IMG/VR virus record: IMGVR_UViG_2609459830_000021
Direction: 5' to 3' (one strand)
Source of the DNA: a virus
Lineage: Duplodnaviria; Heunggongvirae; Uroviricota; Caudoviricetes
DNA: 37,447 nucleotides
Part shown: positions 27,362-37,447 of the stretch, in pieces
Numbering within the stretch: the first letter of the stretch is position 1
How the letters are laid out: each line of letters opens with the position of its first letter
The notes under the pieces: model-generated
Databases searched by the model: none
What the model was told of the DNA's origin: nothing
Seen by the model: only the letters and a program-made list of their open reading frames with translations
Position numbers and translations under genes: made by a program

Positions 27362-27658
27362 TCAGATATTCATCAGGATTTGCTCAGAACGTCCGGCCCC
27401 AACCGGACGTTTTTTATTTGCATGAACGTTAATGGCATGCTGGAAAGCCCGGCTGATCGGACTGATATCAGATGCCATCTGGAACGCGCATAAAATCGCC
27501 GCGATGTATCGCCAGTCGGTACGACTGACCTTCGATTCATGGCAGCCAATCATCTTTGCCAGTCCCCTTTGCGTCAGAGCTGACAGGTTGATGAGTAAAT
27601 CTGTTTCTGCGCGATCAACGTCACGCTGGGATAGTTTGCTGTAACTTGTTTGTGTCAT
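27362..27658 (-). CDS. cII: CII-like transcriptional activator
   Basis: C-terminus …NKKRPVGAGRSEQILMNI parallels lambda CII …NKKRPAATERSEQIQMEF (from memory); position downstream of cro. Confidence 0.7.
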   Translation of the reverse strand: MTQTSYSKLSQRDVDRAETDLLINLSALTQRGLAKMIGCHESKVSRTDWRYIAAILCAFQMASDISPISRAFQHAINVHANKKRPVGAGRSEQILMNI

Positions 27659-27743
27659 TTCTTATGATTTCCAATAGTGAATAGCTAGTTGAAAGGTATG
27701 CGTGGAAACGCATATGGCCTTAGTTGGTCAGATATCTTGGGAC

Positions 27744-27789
27744 TCGCTTTGTCAGCGACGTAGGACGAATGTCCATTGTGAAAAGAGCG
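27744..27789 (-). promoter_or_regulatory. nutR-like site: boxA-like CGCTCTTTT and P22-type boxB hairpin
   Basis: minus-strand CGCTCTTTT (27781-27789) and UCGCUGACAAAGCGA (27744-27758), same GACAA pentaloop hairpin as the nutL boxB upstream of N. Confidence 0.5.
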
Positions 27790-27796
27790 GTGTTAC

Positions 27797-27997
27797 TTAT
27801 GCAGTTGTTTTTTTGTTACTTGGGAAGGGCTTTATTTCTTCCGCATAAACGCTTCCATCAGCGTTTATAGTTAAAAAAATCTTTCGGCCTGCATGAATGG
27901 CCTTGTTAATCGCGCTTTGATATACGCCGAGATCTTTAGCCGTCTTGGTTTGCCCAAAGCGTATTGCATAATCTTTCAGGGTTATGCGTTGTTCCAT
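27797..27997 (-). CDS. cro: Cro repressor (66 aa), lambda-type
   Basis: [66 protein letters not shown] is essentially lambda Cro as recalled. Confidence 0.95.
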   Translation of the reverse strand: MEQRITLKDYAIRFGQTKTAKDLGVYQSAINKAIHAGRKIFLTINADGSVYAEEIKPFPSNKKTTA

Positions 27998-28023
27998 ACA
28001 ACCTCCTTAGTACATGCAACCAT

Positions 28024-28087
28024 TATCACCGCTAGAGGTAAAATAGTCAACACGCAAGGTGTTAGATATTTATCCCTTGCGGTGATA
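28024..28087. promoter_or_regulatory. OR1-OR2-OR3 operators with divergent PR/PRM
   Basis: 17-mers tatcaccgctagaggta (28024-28040), caacacgcaaggtgtta (28048-28064), tatcccttgcggtgata (28071-28087); lambda-like with single-base differences in OR1 and OR2 relative to recalled lambda sequence. Confidence 0.85.
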
Positions 28088-28094
28088 GATTTAA

Positions 28095-28811
<717 letters not shown>

Positions 28812-28842
28812 TTGTTTTATTTTTCACGTAATAGGATGATTT

Positions 28843-29604
28843 ATGACACAGTTTCAACTTGCATTAATCGCTAGAGAAGTTGATGGAGAAGTCATCCATC
28901 TTCGCACCAAAGACGGATACATCAATGCCACCGCGATGTGCAAGTCTGCGGGGAAGCTACTTGCTGACTATACACGACTAAAAACAACACAAGATTTTTT
29001 TGATGAATTATCACGCGATATGGGGATTCCCATATCGGAGTTAATTCAATCATTTAAAGGCGGAAGAGCAGAGAATCAAGGGACTTGGGTTCATCCAGAC
29101 ATCGCAATTAATTTAGCTCAGTGGCTATCTCCAAAATTTGCAGTGCAAGTATCGAGATGGGTGCGTGAGTGGATGTCAGGTGAAAGAGCGCCTGCCGAAC
29201 TCCCTATCCACCTTAAGCGGTATATGACAAACCGAGGCAGAGTTCCTCATACGCACTTTTCTATGCTTAATGAACTGACGTTTAACTTGGTTGCGCCACT
29301 TGAACAGGCCGGATATACGCTGCCAGAAAAAATGGTCCCTGATATTTCAGAGGGTAGGGTTTTCTCGCAATGGCTCCGTGACAACCGGGGGGTTGAGCCG
29401 AAGACATTCCCAACATATAACCATGAGTACCCAGATGGCCGGACATTCCCGGTACGTCTATACCCAAACGAATATCTTGCAGATTTCAAACAACACTTCA
29501 ACGAAGTGTGGCTGCCTCAGTACGCTCCTAAATATTTTGCTGAACGAGACCAAAGGGCATTGACGTTGATTGAGAAAATCATGCTACCTGACCTTGATTC
29601 CTAA
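28843..29604 (+). CDS. KilA-N domain protein (253 aa) occupying the rexAB position downstream of cI
   Basis: N-terminal ~110 aa resembles KilA-N/APSES-type domain (…HLRTKDGYINATAMCKSAGKLLADYTRLKTTQDFFDEL…WVHPDIAINLAQWLSPKFAVQVSRWV…); C-terminal ~140 aa unassigned; 32 nt after cI stop, same strand. Confidence 0.6.
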   Translation: MTQFQLALIAREVDGEVIHLRTKDGYINATAMCKSAGKLLADYTRLKTTQDFFDELSRDMGIPISELIQSFKGGRAENQGTWVHPDIAINLAQWLSPKFAVQVSRWVREWMSGERAPAELPIHLKRYMTNRGRVPHTHFSMLNELTFNLVAPLEQAGYTLPEKMVPDISEGRVFSQWLRDNRGVEPKTFPTYNHEYPDGRTFPVRLYPNEYLADFKQHFNEVWLPQYAPKYFAERDQRALTLIEKIMLPDLDS

Positions 29605-29612
29605 ATGTTATT

Positions 29613-29635
29613 CCCGGCCACAGAGCCGGGTTTTC
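29613..29635 (+). terminator. Rho-independent terminator after KilA-N gene (t-imm-like)
   Basis: cccggccacagagccggg followed by ttttctttg. Confidence 0.6.
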
Positions 29636-29790
29636 TTTGCCTCACCCCCCCACCTAAAGACACATAACCAAATGTATTTATTGAAAAATAAATAGATACA
29701 ACTCACTAAACATCGCAATTCAGATCTCTCGATCACCTCCCAAGCCACTCAACCCTGCAAAAAATAAATCCATATAAAAAACATACAGAT

Positions 29791-29853
29791 AACCATCTGC
29801 GGTGATAAATTATCTCTGGCGGTGTTGACATAAATACCACTGGCGGTGATACT
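29791..29853 (+). promoter_or_regulatory. OL3-OL2-OL1 operators and PL promoter
   Basis: aaccatctgcggtgata, tatctctggcggtgttg, taccactggcggtgata; -35 TTGACA (29825-29830), -10 GATACT (29848-29853); matches lambda PL/OL as recalled. Confidence 0.9.
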
Positions 29854-29921
29854 AAACACATCAGCAGGACGCACTACTCACCAGGGCGGTGAATATACAA
29901 CGATTCAAATATGAATCTACG

Positions 29922-29936
29922 GCGCTGACAAAGCGC
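29922..29936 (+). promoter_or_regulatory. nutL boxB hairpin, P22-type (GCGCUGACAAAGCGC)
   Basis: 5-bp stem with GACAA pentaloop in PL leader; no clear boxA found by eye. Confidence 0.55.
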
Positions 29937-30101
29937 AATAACCAAAGTGAACTTTGGGGTGTGGTGAAGGGTTCATGGACGGGAATATGTCGCACGTAAA
30001 GCGGCGAGGCCTGCGGGACTATTGCCGAATTGAAGTAGGCCGAAACAGGTCGAAATGGGTCTCCCACCTACCACACCACCAAAGTTCATCAGGAGGTCTA
30101 T

Positions 30102-30485
30102 ATGACACGCAGAACTCAGTTCAAAGGCAATTCACGTTCTCGTCGTCGTGAGCGTTTAAAGGCAAAGGCATTAGCTAACGGCGTGCTGGCCCGCGAAGAA
30201 GCAATAAGTTCAGAAGTATTACACCGCCCTACTCTAAGCAGAGCGCAGATTCAGGCTAAAGGTACTCACGAAACGCCTGAGCGCATAGAAGACGCTAAGC
30301 CAATTAAGTTCATGGCACAGGACGTGATCTGGCAACAGAAAGAATACAGACGCAATCTGGAGCGAGCAGCCATTGTGTACGCGAATGAGTTTGGACATAA
30401 GCAACCAGAAACTGGTGTATGTCTTCCAAACGTAGCCATTTACGCGGCAGGCTACCGGAAATCAAAACAACTGACGGCGAGGTGA
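30102..30485 (+). CDS. N: N-type antiterminator, P22 gene 24-like (127 aa)
   Basis: N-terminal arginine-rich motif NSRSRRRERLKAKA; C-terminus …LPNVAIYAAGYRKSKQLTAR parallels P22 gp24 …LPGVALYAAGHRKSKQITAR (from memory); AGGAGG RBS. Confidence 0.75.
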   Translation: MTRRTQFKGNSRSRRRERLKAKALANGVLAREEAISSEVLHRPTLSRAQIQAKGTHETPERIEDAKPIKFMAQDVIWQQKEYRRNLERAAIVYANEFGHKQPETGVCLPNVAIYAAGYRKSKQLTAR

Positions 30486-30488
30486 TTG

Positions 30489-31202
30489 ATGACCACGCCT
30501 TCAGTTTTGCCGCAAAAGTTATGGCGTCCGCTTGCAGAGATTAAAAACTTCGTTGAAAAAATGCCTGATGGAGTTCGCCTTACGGAAGTTACTAAAAAAG
30601 TTAAGACATTTGCCGAACTGTCAGGAAAGGAGAGAAACCAGCTCATAGATTTTATCGATAAACGGGAAAGCATCATTGTATTTAAGGTCAGAAAAGAAGG
30701 TTCTGGTAACGGAGTAACCTTTTTACGCTACAAAAAATATGGATATCCCAAGCGGGAAGGAAACGTCACAATCATTAAGGACCTTCAATCAAAATTATGT
30801 ACCAGATGCGGGCAGACAAAATCAGTCAATGATTTTTATTCAGATGCCAGCAAGCGTGACGGGAGAGCCATTTATTGCAAGAAGTGCGAATCTGCAATGA
30901 AACGCTCACGCAGAGAATGCAACAAATTAATTCTGCAACAACAGGAACCTGAAATGAATAACCTCAAAGCAGTTTCACCTTCACCAGAAATACTCAGAAA
31001 ACAGGCTGAAGAATTGCTGAAAGCCGCCGAAATTGCGGAGAAAAAACGCCAGGAAGATGATGCATTCAACAAAAAACTTGCGCCCTTAAAACTTGAAATC
31101 CTTCAGGCCGCCGGAAAAATGCAGCTTAAACTGGACGAATTCATCGACTGTATGGATGAAATGAATAAAGCAGTTCAGAAGCTTAAAGAGCTGACCGCCT
31201 GA
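30489..31202 (+). CDS. hypothetical early-left protein with CxxC…CxxC zinc-ribbon-like motif and coiled-coil C-terminus (237 aa)
   Basis: CTRCGQTK…YCKKCES; GAGGTGA RBS; ORF track TTG start at 30486 moved to ATG 30489. Confidence 0.5.
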   Translation: MTTPSVLPQKLWRPLAEIKNFVEKMPDGVRLTEVTKKVKTFAELSGKERNQLIDFIDKRESIIVFKVRKEGSGNGVTFLRYKKYGYPKREGNVTIIKDLQSKLCTRCGQTKSVNDFYSDASKRDGRAIYCKKCESAMKRSRRECNKLILQQQEPEMNNLKAVSPSPEILRKQAEELLKAAEIAEKKRQEDDAFNKKLAPLKLEILQAAGKMQLKLDEFIDCMDEMNKAVQKLKELTA

Positions 31203-31233
31203 TATTAATAAATTGCAACTACCGGAGTTAACT

Positions 31234-31593
31234 ATGAATGAAACAGAACTGAAGCACATTATCGCCCTGCTTCTGGAAGATGCCAGACAGGTTTATCGAC
31301 TTAGCCCAAATTCCGCAACGCAGGAACGCATCCGGATAGCGGAAACAGCACTGAAACAGGACAATGGAAACGGCATATCCAAATTTAGCGCCGCCAGTGA
31401 AAATGAAGTAATAGAAATAAACAGCAATATCAGCGATAGTTGCGTCGCTTACAGCCACCAAATAATTCGTGTAAGCGCAAGAATAATGGAAGTGATGGCA
31501 AGTGAGCTTGAAAAGAACAACATCAAGCCCACTGATTGTTGTTTAAGAACCGTAATGAACGTTATTTATTACTCGATGTTCCGAAGTCGCTAA
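31234..31593 (+). CDS. hypothetical early-left protein (119 aa from ATG 31234)
   Basis: GGAG RBS 7 nt upstream of ATG; ORF track start 31213 is TTG. Confidence 0.45.
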   Translation: MNETELKHIIALLLEDARQVYRLSPNSATQERIRIAETALKQDNGNGISKFSAASENEVIEINSNISDSCVAYSHQIIRVSARIMEVMASELEKNNIKPTDCCLRTVMNVIYYSMFRSR

Positions 31594-31771
31594 CAGCGTC
31601 GAGTTTTTCATCAAAAAATGATTCAAATGCATCGTAAAATACGGCAATAGCACCGCCCTTATCTACCGCGGCAGGAACTGCCTTTTGAGGTATATCTTTC
31701 TCCCTGAATTGTGTGTTGTAGGTATCGACAGCCAGCCGCATCAGAAACATCACTTTTTCTTCTTGTGTCAT
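31562..31771 (-). CDS. hypothetical small acidic protein (69 aa) on opposite strand within the PL operon
   Basis: strong RBS TAAGGAGAGTGAATT before ATG 31771; convergent with and overlapping the 3' end of the preceding plus-strand ORF by 32 nt. Confidence 0.45.
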   Translation of the reverse strand: MTQEEKVMFLMRLAVDTYNTQFREKDIPQKAVPAAVDKGGAIAVFYDAFESFFDEKLDAVSDFGTSSNK

Positions 31772-32011
31772 AAATTCACTCTCCTTACGGGGTTTGTAGT
31801 TGAGGAGTTCTCCACGGGTGAGGTGGAGATCGTGCGCCGGACACGGGTGAGTTCCGGCACTCTCACTTTACTGAACAGACATTACCCTGAAAAGCCAGGG
31901 TACTACACGAAAGCGCGAGGCGAAGACTCTTTCCCATAGAAGGATTGTCGTTAGATTTCTTCGACCGTGCGCTTCCGGTTGTGAATAACAACATTGCTGT
32001 GTGTAACCCTT

Positions 32012-32052
32012 GGCGGATATCGGTTTGCCGATTGCTGATGTCCGCCCTTTTT
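32012..32052 (+). terminator. intrinsic terminator-like hairpin in early-left intergenic region
   Basis: ggcggatatcgg…ccgattgctgatgtccgcc followed by cttttt. Confidence 0.4.
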
Positions 32053-32228
32053 AAAGTGAATTTTGTGATGCGGTGAATGCGGCTCAGCGCACGCGGAACA
32101 GTTAAACCGACAGGATGTCACGGAAAGTCATCGTCCCCTGACCCGGCGTTAATTGTTAACTGGTTAACGCCACCTGGAGGCACCAGGCACCGCATCAACA
32201 AAGTTCATTTGTGAAAATGGAGATAATT

Positions 32229-32450
32229 ATGATTGCTCATCACTTCGGAACTGATGAAATACCACGTCAGTGCGTGACGCCTGGCGATTATGTTCTTCAT
32301 GAAGGTCGGACATATATCGCTTCAGCAAACAATATTGAAAAGAGAAAACTCTATATTCGTAACTTCACAACAAAAACATGCATTACCGACTGCATGATTA
32401 AAGTTTTCATCGGGCGCGATGGCTTACCCGTAAAAGCAGAGTCGTTGTGA
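32229..32450 (+). CDS. hypothetical small protein (73 aa from ATG 32229)
   Basis: GGAG 8 nt upstream of ATG 32229; ORF track start 32211 is GTG. Confidence 0.4.
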   Translation: MIAHHFGTDEIPRQCVTPGDYVLHEGRTYIASANNIEKRKLYIRNFTTKTCITDCMIKVFIGRDGLPVKAESL

Positions 32451-32523
32451 CGAGTAATAAAATACACCTTCCATATCTGCCGAAATAAAAACCGCATTAA
32501 TTATCAATCACGGAAAAATCAAA

Positions 32524-32910
32524 ATGAAAGAACTTGCGCAAAATGAAATATTTTCCGAAACCAGTCCTGATGCAATAAATGAACTCAAAGAAATTGCAGA
32601 ACGCATCAGTAAAATATGCAAAGAATACAAAATCGACTTTGTATTTTCTTTTTCAGTGCTTACAGAAGTTGGAAATAACGAATATAAAGACAGTCGTTTG
32701 GTTTCATGTGGGTTAAATGGCAAAACACCAAGCCCATATATTCATGCTGCATGTGAAGTCGTCAGAAGCAACATTGGAGCACAACAAATCCATACACTGG
32801 CGCAGGCTCTTGAATTTGCAAGAGAAAATTCTGAGTGCGACTGCTCTGAATGCCAGCACGAAAAGGGAAAAACAACTCACAAAACAGCAAACCAGGCAAC
32901 CTTCCACTGA
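32524..32910 (+). CDS. hypothetical protein (128 aa) with C-terminal CDCSEC motif
   Basis: ATG start; no family recognised. Confidence 0.4.
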   Translation: MKELAQNEIFSETSPDAINELKEIAERISKICKEYKIDFVFSFSVLTEVGNNEYKDSRLVSCGLNGKTPSPYIHAACEVVRSNIGAQQIHTLAQALEFARENSECDCSECQHEKGKTTHKTANQATFH

Positions 32911-33017
32911 AATAAAAATCCGGCAGCGCAGGCTACCGGATTTCTCCCTGCGTCACCGTATTCGGAGAAATCAGACAAAGGGCCTCTAATTCTAATCCAG
33001 CCAGAGGTTTAAATACA

Positions 33018-35090
33018 ATGAGCGCTGATAAACAGACTTTTGCACTACACTGCGAAGCAAAAAACGATAAAGTCAGAAAACGCCTTGGCATCAAAGGCGG
33101 TTTTTTCTGGGCTGATGCCAGAAAACTTTCTGTCGCAGTTTCCCGCTGCATTGCAGCCATGGACGATGCAGGCTACGACGAGGATGATTTCAAAAAACCC
33201 GTTCGCGTAAATTTCCCCGTCGTGAATGACCTTCCACCGGAAGGCGTGTTTGATACTGAATTCTGCAACCGCTATGAAAAAGGCGGGGAAGATGGCATCA
33301 CCATGATGGCTATACCCTTCAATGACAACATCAACGGTGAAGATGCCACAACTGCTGGCGATGACAACGATGACCCGGACGGAACTATTCCGGATGATGT
33401 GGAGAAAAACGAATCCCCGGACAGCGACGATGACTGTTCTGAGTGTGAAATTCCCGTCGCCACTCTGAGCCTTACTCATCGCTTCCTTCACCTCTTCTTA
33501 TTCAGCAAAGATGAAGATGGAAAATACCGGCATCATGCCACACCAGAACAACGCAATAACGTGATCCGTATGGAGATGGACACAGAGGACAGTTACCTTC
33601 AGAGCCTGCTTACTGCTGTGCGCGCCGCGCATCATGAACTGGATAAACTGACGAACTATCACCTTAGTCGCCTGGCTGAATCTGTAGGGAAAGCATTCCC
33701 CCACTCTGCAAATCATCGCATCAGCCCGGCTGAATTCGACAAGTTCATTTCCACCTGGATGAAAACTGACTACCTTGATCAGGGCCTGCTGACAAAAGAA
33801 TGGCAGAACGGAAATTATGTTTCAGGCATTACCCGTACGCCTTCCGGTGCTAACGCTGGCGGCGGAAATATTACCGATCGTGGTGAAGGATTCAAACATG
33901 ATAAGACATCACTCGCACGAGATGTAGCCACCGGCGTTCTGGCCCGTTCAATGGATGTGGATATTTATAACCTGCACCCAGCACACGCAAAACGCGTTGA
34001 AGAAATCGTGTCAGAGAATAAGCCGCCCTTTTCTGTTTTTCGCGACAAATTTATCGCCATGCCCGGTGGGCTGGATTATTCCCGCGCCATTGTGGTGGCT
34101 TCCGTGAAAGAAGCACCAATCGGCATTGAGGCCATCCCGGCACGCGTGACTGAATATCTCAACAAAGTGTTGACCGAAACCGATCACGCTAACCCGGATC
34201 CGGAAATCGTGGAAATTGCCTGCGGTCGCTCATCAGCACCGATGCCGCAGCGCGGAACAGCAGAAGGAAAACATGGCGATGAAGAAAAGCAACAAACATC
34301 GGACACAATGGCTAATGAACAGGCAGCGCCTGAATCAGTGGAAGAAATTCCAGTTAAACATAATGAGGACACGCAATCACTGGAAAATGTCTCATCTGTA
34401 GAAACGAAATACCAGGAACTGAGGGAGGAACTCAATAAAGCCAGGGAAAACATCCCCCCAAAAAATCCAGTCGATGCCGACAAATTACTGGCTGCCTCGC
34501 GTGGAGAATTCGTTGAAGGCATCAGTAACCCTGCTGATCCGAAGTGGGTGAAGGGGATCCAGACTCGCGACACTGAGGACCAGAATCAGCCCAAAGTGGA
34601 ACAAATTGCCCCAGAAGCGGGACAAAACAGCCCGGATACGCAACAAAACGGGCCAGAAGAGCAACAGCCAGGGCCAGTAATGCAACAGGAAGTGGAAAAG
34701 GTTTGCACCACATGCAGTCAGAACGGTGGCGGCCATTGCCCTGACTGTGGTCCAGTAATGGGAGATGAAACTTACGCTGAAACTTTTGGAGAAAATGACG
34801 CCGCTGATGGAGAAGACTCAGCACAAACTGAGGAGAAGATCATTCAGGAAAACTCTGTTGATGCCGCTCAGGAGGGCGAAACCGTTGTTCAGAACGAGCC
34901 AGGCAGTGATACGTCCGGCGATGACGCCAATTCTGAGCCAGTAACTCTCGACTGGAAAAGACAGCTCGTGATTGCCGCCGTCTATGGTTTGTGCGCCAAC
35001 CCCGCATGTATAGCCACAGCGCCAGCAATCCCTGATATCGCCATCATGATTGCCAACAGGCTTGAAAATTTCGAAGGTGATAAATCATGA
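33018..35090 (+). CDS. large acidic early protein (690 aa), function unknown
   Basis: long ORF with multiple acidic low-complexity tracts and two Cys clusters ([20 protein letters not shown]); stop overlaps gam start (ATGA). Confidence 0.55.
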   Translation: MSADKQTFALHCEAKNDKVRKRLGIKGGFFWADARKLSVAVSRCIAAMDDAGYDEDDFKKPVRVNFPVVNDLPPEGVFDTEFCNRYEKGGEDGITMMAIPFNDNINGEDATTAGDDNDDPDGTIPDDVEKNESPDSDDDCSECEIPVATLSLTHRFLHLFLFSKDEDGKYRHHATPEQRNNVIRMEMDTEDSYLQSLLTAVRAAHHELDKLTNYHLSRLAESVGKAFPHSANHRISPAEFDKFISTWMKTDYLDQGLLTKEWQNGNYVSGITRTPSGANAGGGNITDRGEGFKHDKTSLARDVATGVLARSMDVDIYNLHPAHAKRVEEIVSENKPPFSVFRDKFIAMPGGLDYSRAIVVASVKEAPIGIEAIPARVTEYLNKVLTETDHANPDPEIVEIACGRSSAPMPQRGTAEGKHGDEEKQQTSDTMANEQAAPESVEEIPVKHNEDTQSLENVSSVETKYQELREELNKARENIPPKNPVDADKLLAASRGEFVEGISNPADPKWVKGIQTRDTEDQNQPKVEQIAPEAGQNSPDTQQNGPEEQQPGPVMQQEVEKVCTTCSQNGGGHCPDCGPVMGDETYAETFGENDAADGEDSAQTEEKIIQENSVDAAQEGETVVQNEPGSDTSGDDANSEPVTLDWKRQLVIAAVYGLCANPACIATAPAIPDIAIMIANRLENFEGDKS

Positions 35091-35383
35091 ATGCCTGGCT
35101 TATCCCCGATCGCATTGAAGAGCAGTCATGGGCACGACACTACCAGCAAATTGCCCGTGAAGAAACTGAAGCTGAGCTGGCAGACGACCTGGAAAAAGGT
35201 CTGCCCCAACACCTGTTTGAATCGCTATGCATCGATAATCTGCAACGTCACGGGGCCAGCAAAAAAGCTATTTCCCGTGCATTTGATGACGATGTCGATT
35301 TTCAGGAACGCATGGCAGAACACATCCGCTACATGGCTGAAACCATCGCCCGTCACCAAATTAATATTGATTCAGAGGTATAA
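35087..35383 (+). CDS. gam: Gam (RecBCD inhibitor, short 98-aa form)
   Basis: …[48 protein letters not shown]… parallels lambda Gam as recalled. Confidence 0.9.
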   Translation: MNAWLIPDRIEEQSWARHYQQIAREETEAELADDLEKGLPQHLFESLCIDNLQRHGASKKAISRAFDDDVDFQERMAEHIRYMAETIARHQINIDSEV

Positions 35384-35388
35384 AACGG

Positions 35389-36174
35389 ATGAGTACAGCA
35401 CTCGCAACGCTGGCAGGGAAGCTGGCTGAACGTGTCGGCATGGATTCTGTCGACCCACAGGAACTAATCACCACTCTTCGCCAGACGGCATTTAAAGGTG
35501 ATGCCAGCGATGCGCAATTTATCGCATTGTTGATCGTCGCCAACCAGTACGGCCTTAATCCCTGGACGAAAGAAATTTACGCCTTCCCTGACAAGCAGAA
35601 CGGCATCGTTCCGGTGGTTGGCGTTGATGGCTGGTCCCGCATTATCAATGAAAACCAGCAGTTTGATGGCATGGACTTTGAGCAGGACAATGAGTCCTGT
35701 ACATGCCGGATTTACCGCAAAGATCGCAATCACCCGATCTGCGTTACCGAGTGGATGGATGAATGTCGCCGCGCACCATTCAAAACCCGCGAAGGCAGAG
35801 AAATCACCGGACCGTGGCAGTCGCATCCCAAACGGATGTTACGGCACAAAGCCATGATTCAGTGTGCTCGCCTGGCCTTCGGATTTGCTGGCATCTATGA
35901 CAAGGATGAAGCCGAGCGTATTGTCGAAAATACTGCATATACTACAGAACGTCAGCCGGAACGCGACATCACCCCGGTTAACGAAGAAACCATGTCGGAA
36001 ATTAACGCCCTTCTTACTTCCATGGAAAAAACGTGGGATGACGACCTGTTGCCGCTCTGTTCCCAGATTTTTCGCCGCAACATTTACACATCTTCAGAAC
36101 TAACACAGGCTGAAGCTGTGAAGGTTCTTGGATTCCTGAAACAGAAAGTCACAGAGCAGAAGGTAGCAGCATGA
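35389..36174 (+). CDS. bet: Bet (Red-beta single-strand annealing protein, 261 aa)
   Basis: [66 protein letters not shown]… matches lambda Beta as recalled. Confidence 0.95.
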   Translation: MSTALATLAGKLAERVGMDSVDPQELITTLRQTAFKGDASDAQFIALLIVANQYGLNPWTKEIYAFPDKQNGIVPVVGVDGWSRIINENQQFDGMDFEQDNESCTCRIYRKDRNHPICVTEWMDECRRAPFKTREGREITGPWQSHPKRMLRHKAMIQCARLAFGFAGIYDKDEAERIVENTAYTTERQPERDITPVNEETMSEINALLTSMEKTWDDDLLPLCSQIFRRNIYTSSELTQAEAVKVLGFLKQKVTEQKVAA

Positions 36175-36851
36175 CACCGGACATTATCCTGCAACGTACA
36201 GGGATCGACGTGAGAGCTGTCGAACAGGGGGATGATGCGTGGCACAAATTACGGCTCGGCGTCATCACCGCTTCAGAAGTTCACAACGTGATAGCAAAAC
36301 CCCGCTCAGGAAAGAAATGGCCTGACATGAAAATGTCCTACTTCCACACCCTGCTGGCTGAGGTTTGCACCGGTGTGGCTCCGGAAGTTAACGCTAAAGC
36401 GCTGGCCTGGGGAAAACAGTACGAGAACGACGCCAGAGCCCTCTTTGAGTTCACTTCCGGCGTGAATGTTACTGAATCCCCGATCATCTATCGCGACGAA
36501 AGTATGCGCACCGCCTGCTCTCCCGATGGTTTATGCAGTGACGGCAACGGCCTTGAACTGAAATGCCCGTTTACCTCCCGGGATTTCATGAAATTCCGGC
36601 TCGGTGGTTTCGAGGCCATAAAGTCGGCTTACATGGCCCAGGTGCAGTACAGCATGTGGGTGACGCGAAAAGATGCCTGGTACTTTGCCAACTATGACCC
36701 GCGTATGAAGCGTGAAGGCCTGCATTATGTCGTGGTCGAACGGGATGAAAAATACATGGAGGTTTTTGACGAAATGGTACCGGAGTTCATCGAAAAAATG
36801 GACGAGGCACTGGCTGAAATTGGTTTTGTATTTGGGGAGCAATGGCGATAG
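36171..36851 (+). CDS. exo: Exo (lambda exonuclease, 226 aa)
   Basis: [65 protein letters not shown]… matches lambda Exo as recalled. Confidence 0.95.
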   Translation: MTPDIILQRTGIDVRAVEQGDDAWHKLRLGVITASEVHNVIAKPRSGKKWPDMKMSYFHTLLAEVCTGVAPEVNAKALAWGKQYENDARALFEFTSGVNVTESPIIYRDESMRTACSPDGLCSDGNGLELKCPFTSRDFMKFRLGGFEAIKSAYMAQVQYSMWVTRKDAWYFANYDPRMKREGLHYVVVERDEKYMEVFDEMVPEFIEKMDEALAEIGFVFGEQWR

Positions 36852-36899
36852 CCAGTAGCAACGAGGTGCAAATGATATGACAATTAAGGAATACTACCG

Positions 36900-37151
36900 G
36901 TGTTCGTTCTAATCCAGCGCGGGCAGTCTTTCGTCGATGCCAACAACTATCCGGTTGAAGTCTGCAAAATCACTCTGACGCAGGTAATCTTCCGAAGGCT
37001 GGATGGGAGAACCAGAGCCGCTTCAATTAGCGCATTTAATGCAGAATTTGAGCGAATCGATCACAACGAACTACACATGATTAAAGCAGAAATTGAGAAG
37101 GAAAAGCATATTGCCAGCCTTCGCAAAATGCGCCGCACATCAATCAACTGA
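36900..37151 (+). CDS. hypothetical ORF downstream of exo (83 aa; GTG start, start uncertain)
   Basis: open frame ending at a strong terminator; an 11-codon ATG ORF (MTIKEYYRCSF, 36874-36909) precedes it in another frame. Confidence 0.3.
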   Translation: MFVLIQRGQSFVDANNYPVEVCKITLTQVIFRRLDGRTRAASISAFNAEFERIDHNELHMIKAEIEKEKHIASLRKMRRTSIN

Positions 37152-37154
37152 CAA

Positions 37155-37173
37155 CCGCCTTCGGGCGGTTTTT
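37155..37173 (+). terminator. Rho-independent terminator
   Basis: ccgcc-ttcg-ggcgg followed by ttttt. Confidence 0.75.
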
Positions 37174-37204
37174 CGATGATTAAACAATTCAACTGGAGAA
37201 TAAA

Positions 37205-37447
37205 ATGAACGACATTACAAAAACAAATGAAATCTTGTTAACCAAAGATATTCTGGAACGATATAAAATTTCACGAAGCACTCTGTATTTCTGGAGTACT
37301 CCAGACAGAAAGCCAAAGTCCCTCAGCAAACCATTTCCTAAACCAACAATAAAGGGAAACCCCAATCGTTGGTGGCTTTCTGATATTCTGGAGTGGGAAA
37401 GAAATAATGCTCAGGTTAATGGCGCATCAACTAACCCTTCAAGATAA
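37205..37447 (+). CDS. AlpA-family excisionase/transcriptional regulator (80 aa)
   Basis: …LLTKDILERYKISRSTLYFWSTPDRKPKSLSKPFPKPTIKGNPNRWWLSDILEWERNN… HTH_17/AlpA-like; position at prophage end where xis-int is expected. Confidence 0.65.
   Translation: MNDITKTNEILLTKDILERYKISRSTLYFWSTPDRKPKSLSKPFPKPTIKGNPNRWWLSDILEWERNNAQVNGASTNPSR

Noticed and set aside
29860-30101. boxA element at nutL
   Set aside because: No CGCTCTT-like sequence found by eye between PL and boxB; left unannotated rather than forcing a weak match

Overview
The window is a mosaic lambdoid prophage segment of an Escherichia/Shigella-type enterobacterium, with late genes on the minus strand (left) and the immunity and early-left regions on the right. 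All calls are from reading the sequence and recalled protein families; no database search was run. Left to right: the right end of an IS66-family element inserted into a side-tail-fibre gene (1-1245); head morphogenesis genes (virion proteins, capsid, scaffold, portal, TerL, TerS; 1242-10447); an opposite-strand Ais/PmrG-like phosphatase moron (11050-11631); a lysis cassette with Rz/Rz1, SAR endolysin and phage-21-type pinholin (11712-13259); nanS-p esterase (13929-15839) next to Q with no stx genes between; the nin region (Q, NinH, RusA, YbcO-like, Rha antirepressor, NinB) containing two paralogous ORF6N modules; a toxin-antitoxin cluster (frameshifted RelE/HigB-like toxin with HTH antitoxin, antitoxin-Doc, hok/sok); replication genes (DnaC-like, O-like); a lambda-type immunity region (cII, cro, OR, cI); a KilA-N gene in the rexAB slot; OL/PL with a P22-type boxB and N; unassigned early-left accessory genes; gam-bet-exo; and an AlpA-type excisionase at the window end. 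The most novel candidates are the paired ORF6N modules with a promoter-to-terminator small-RNA unit and module-specific motifs, the KilA-N gene in the rex slot, and the PmrA-box-equipped ais-like moron.
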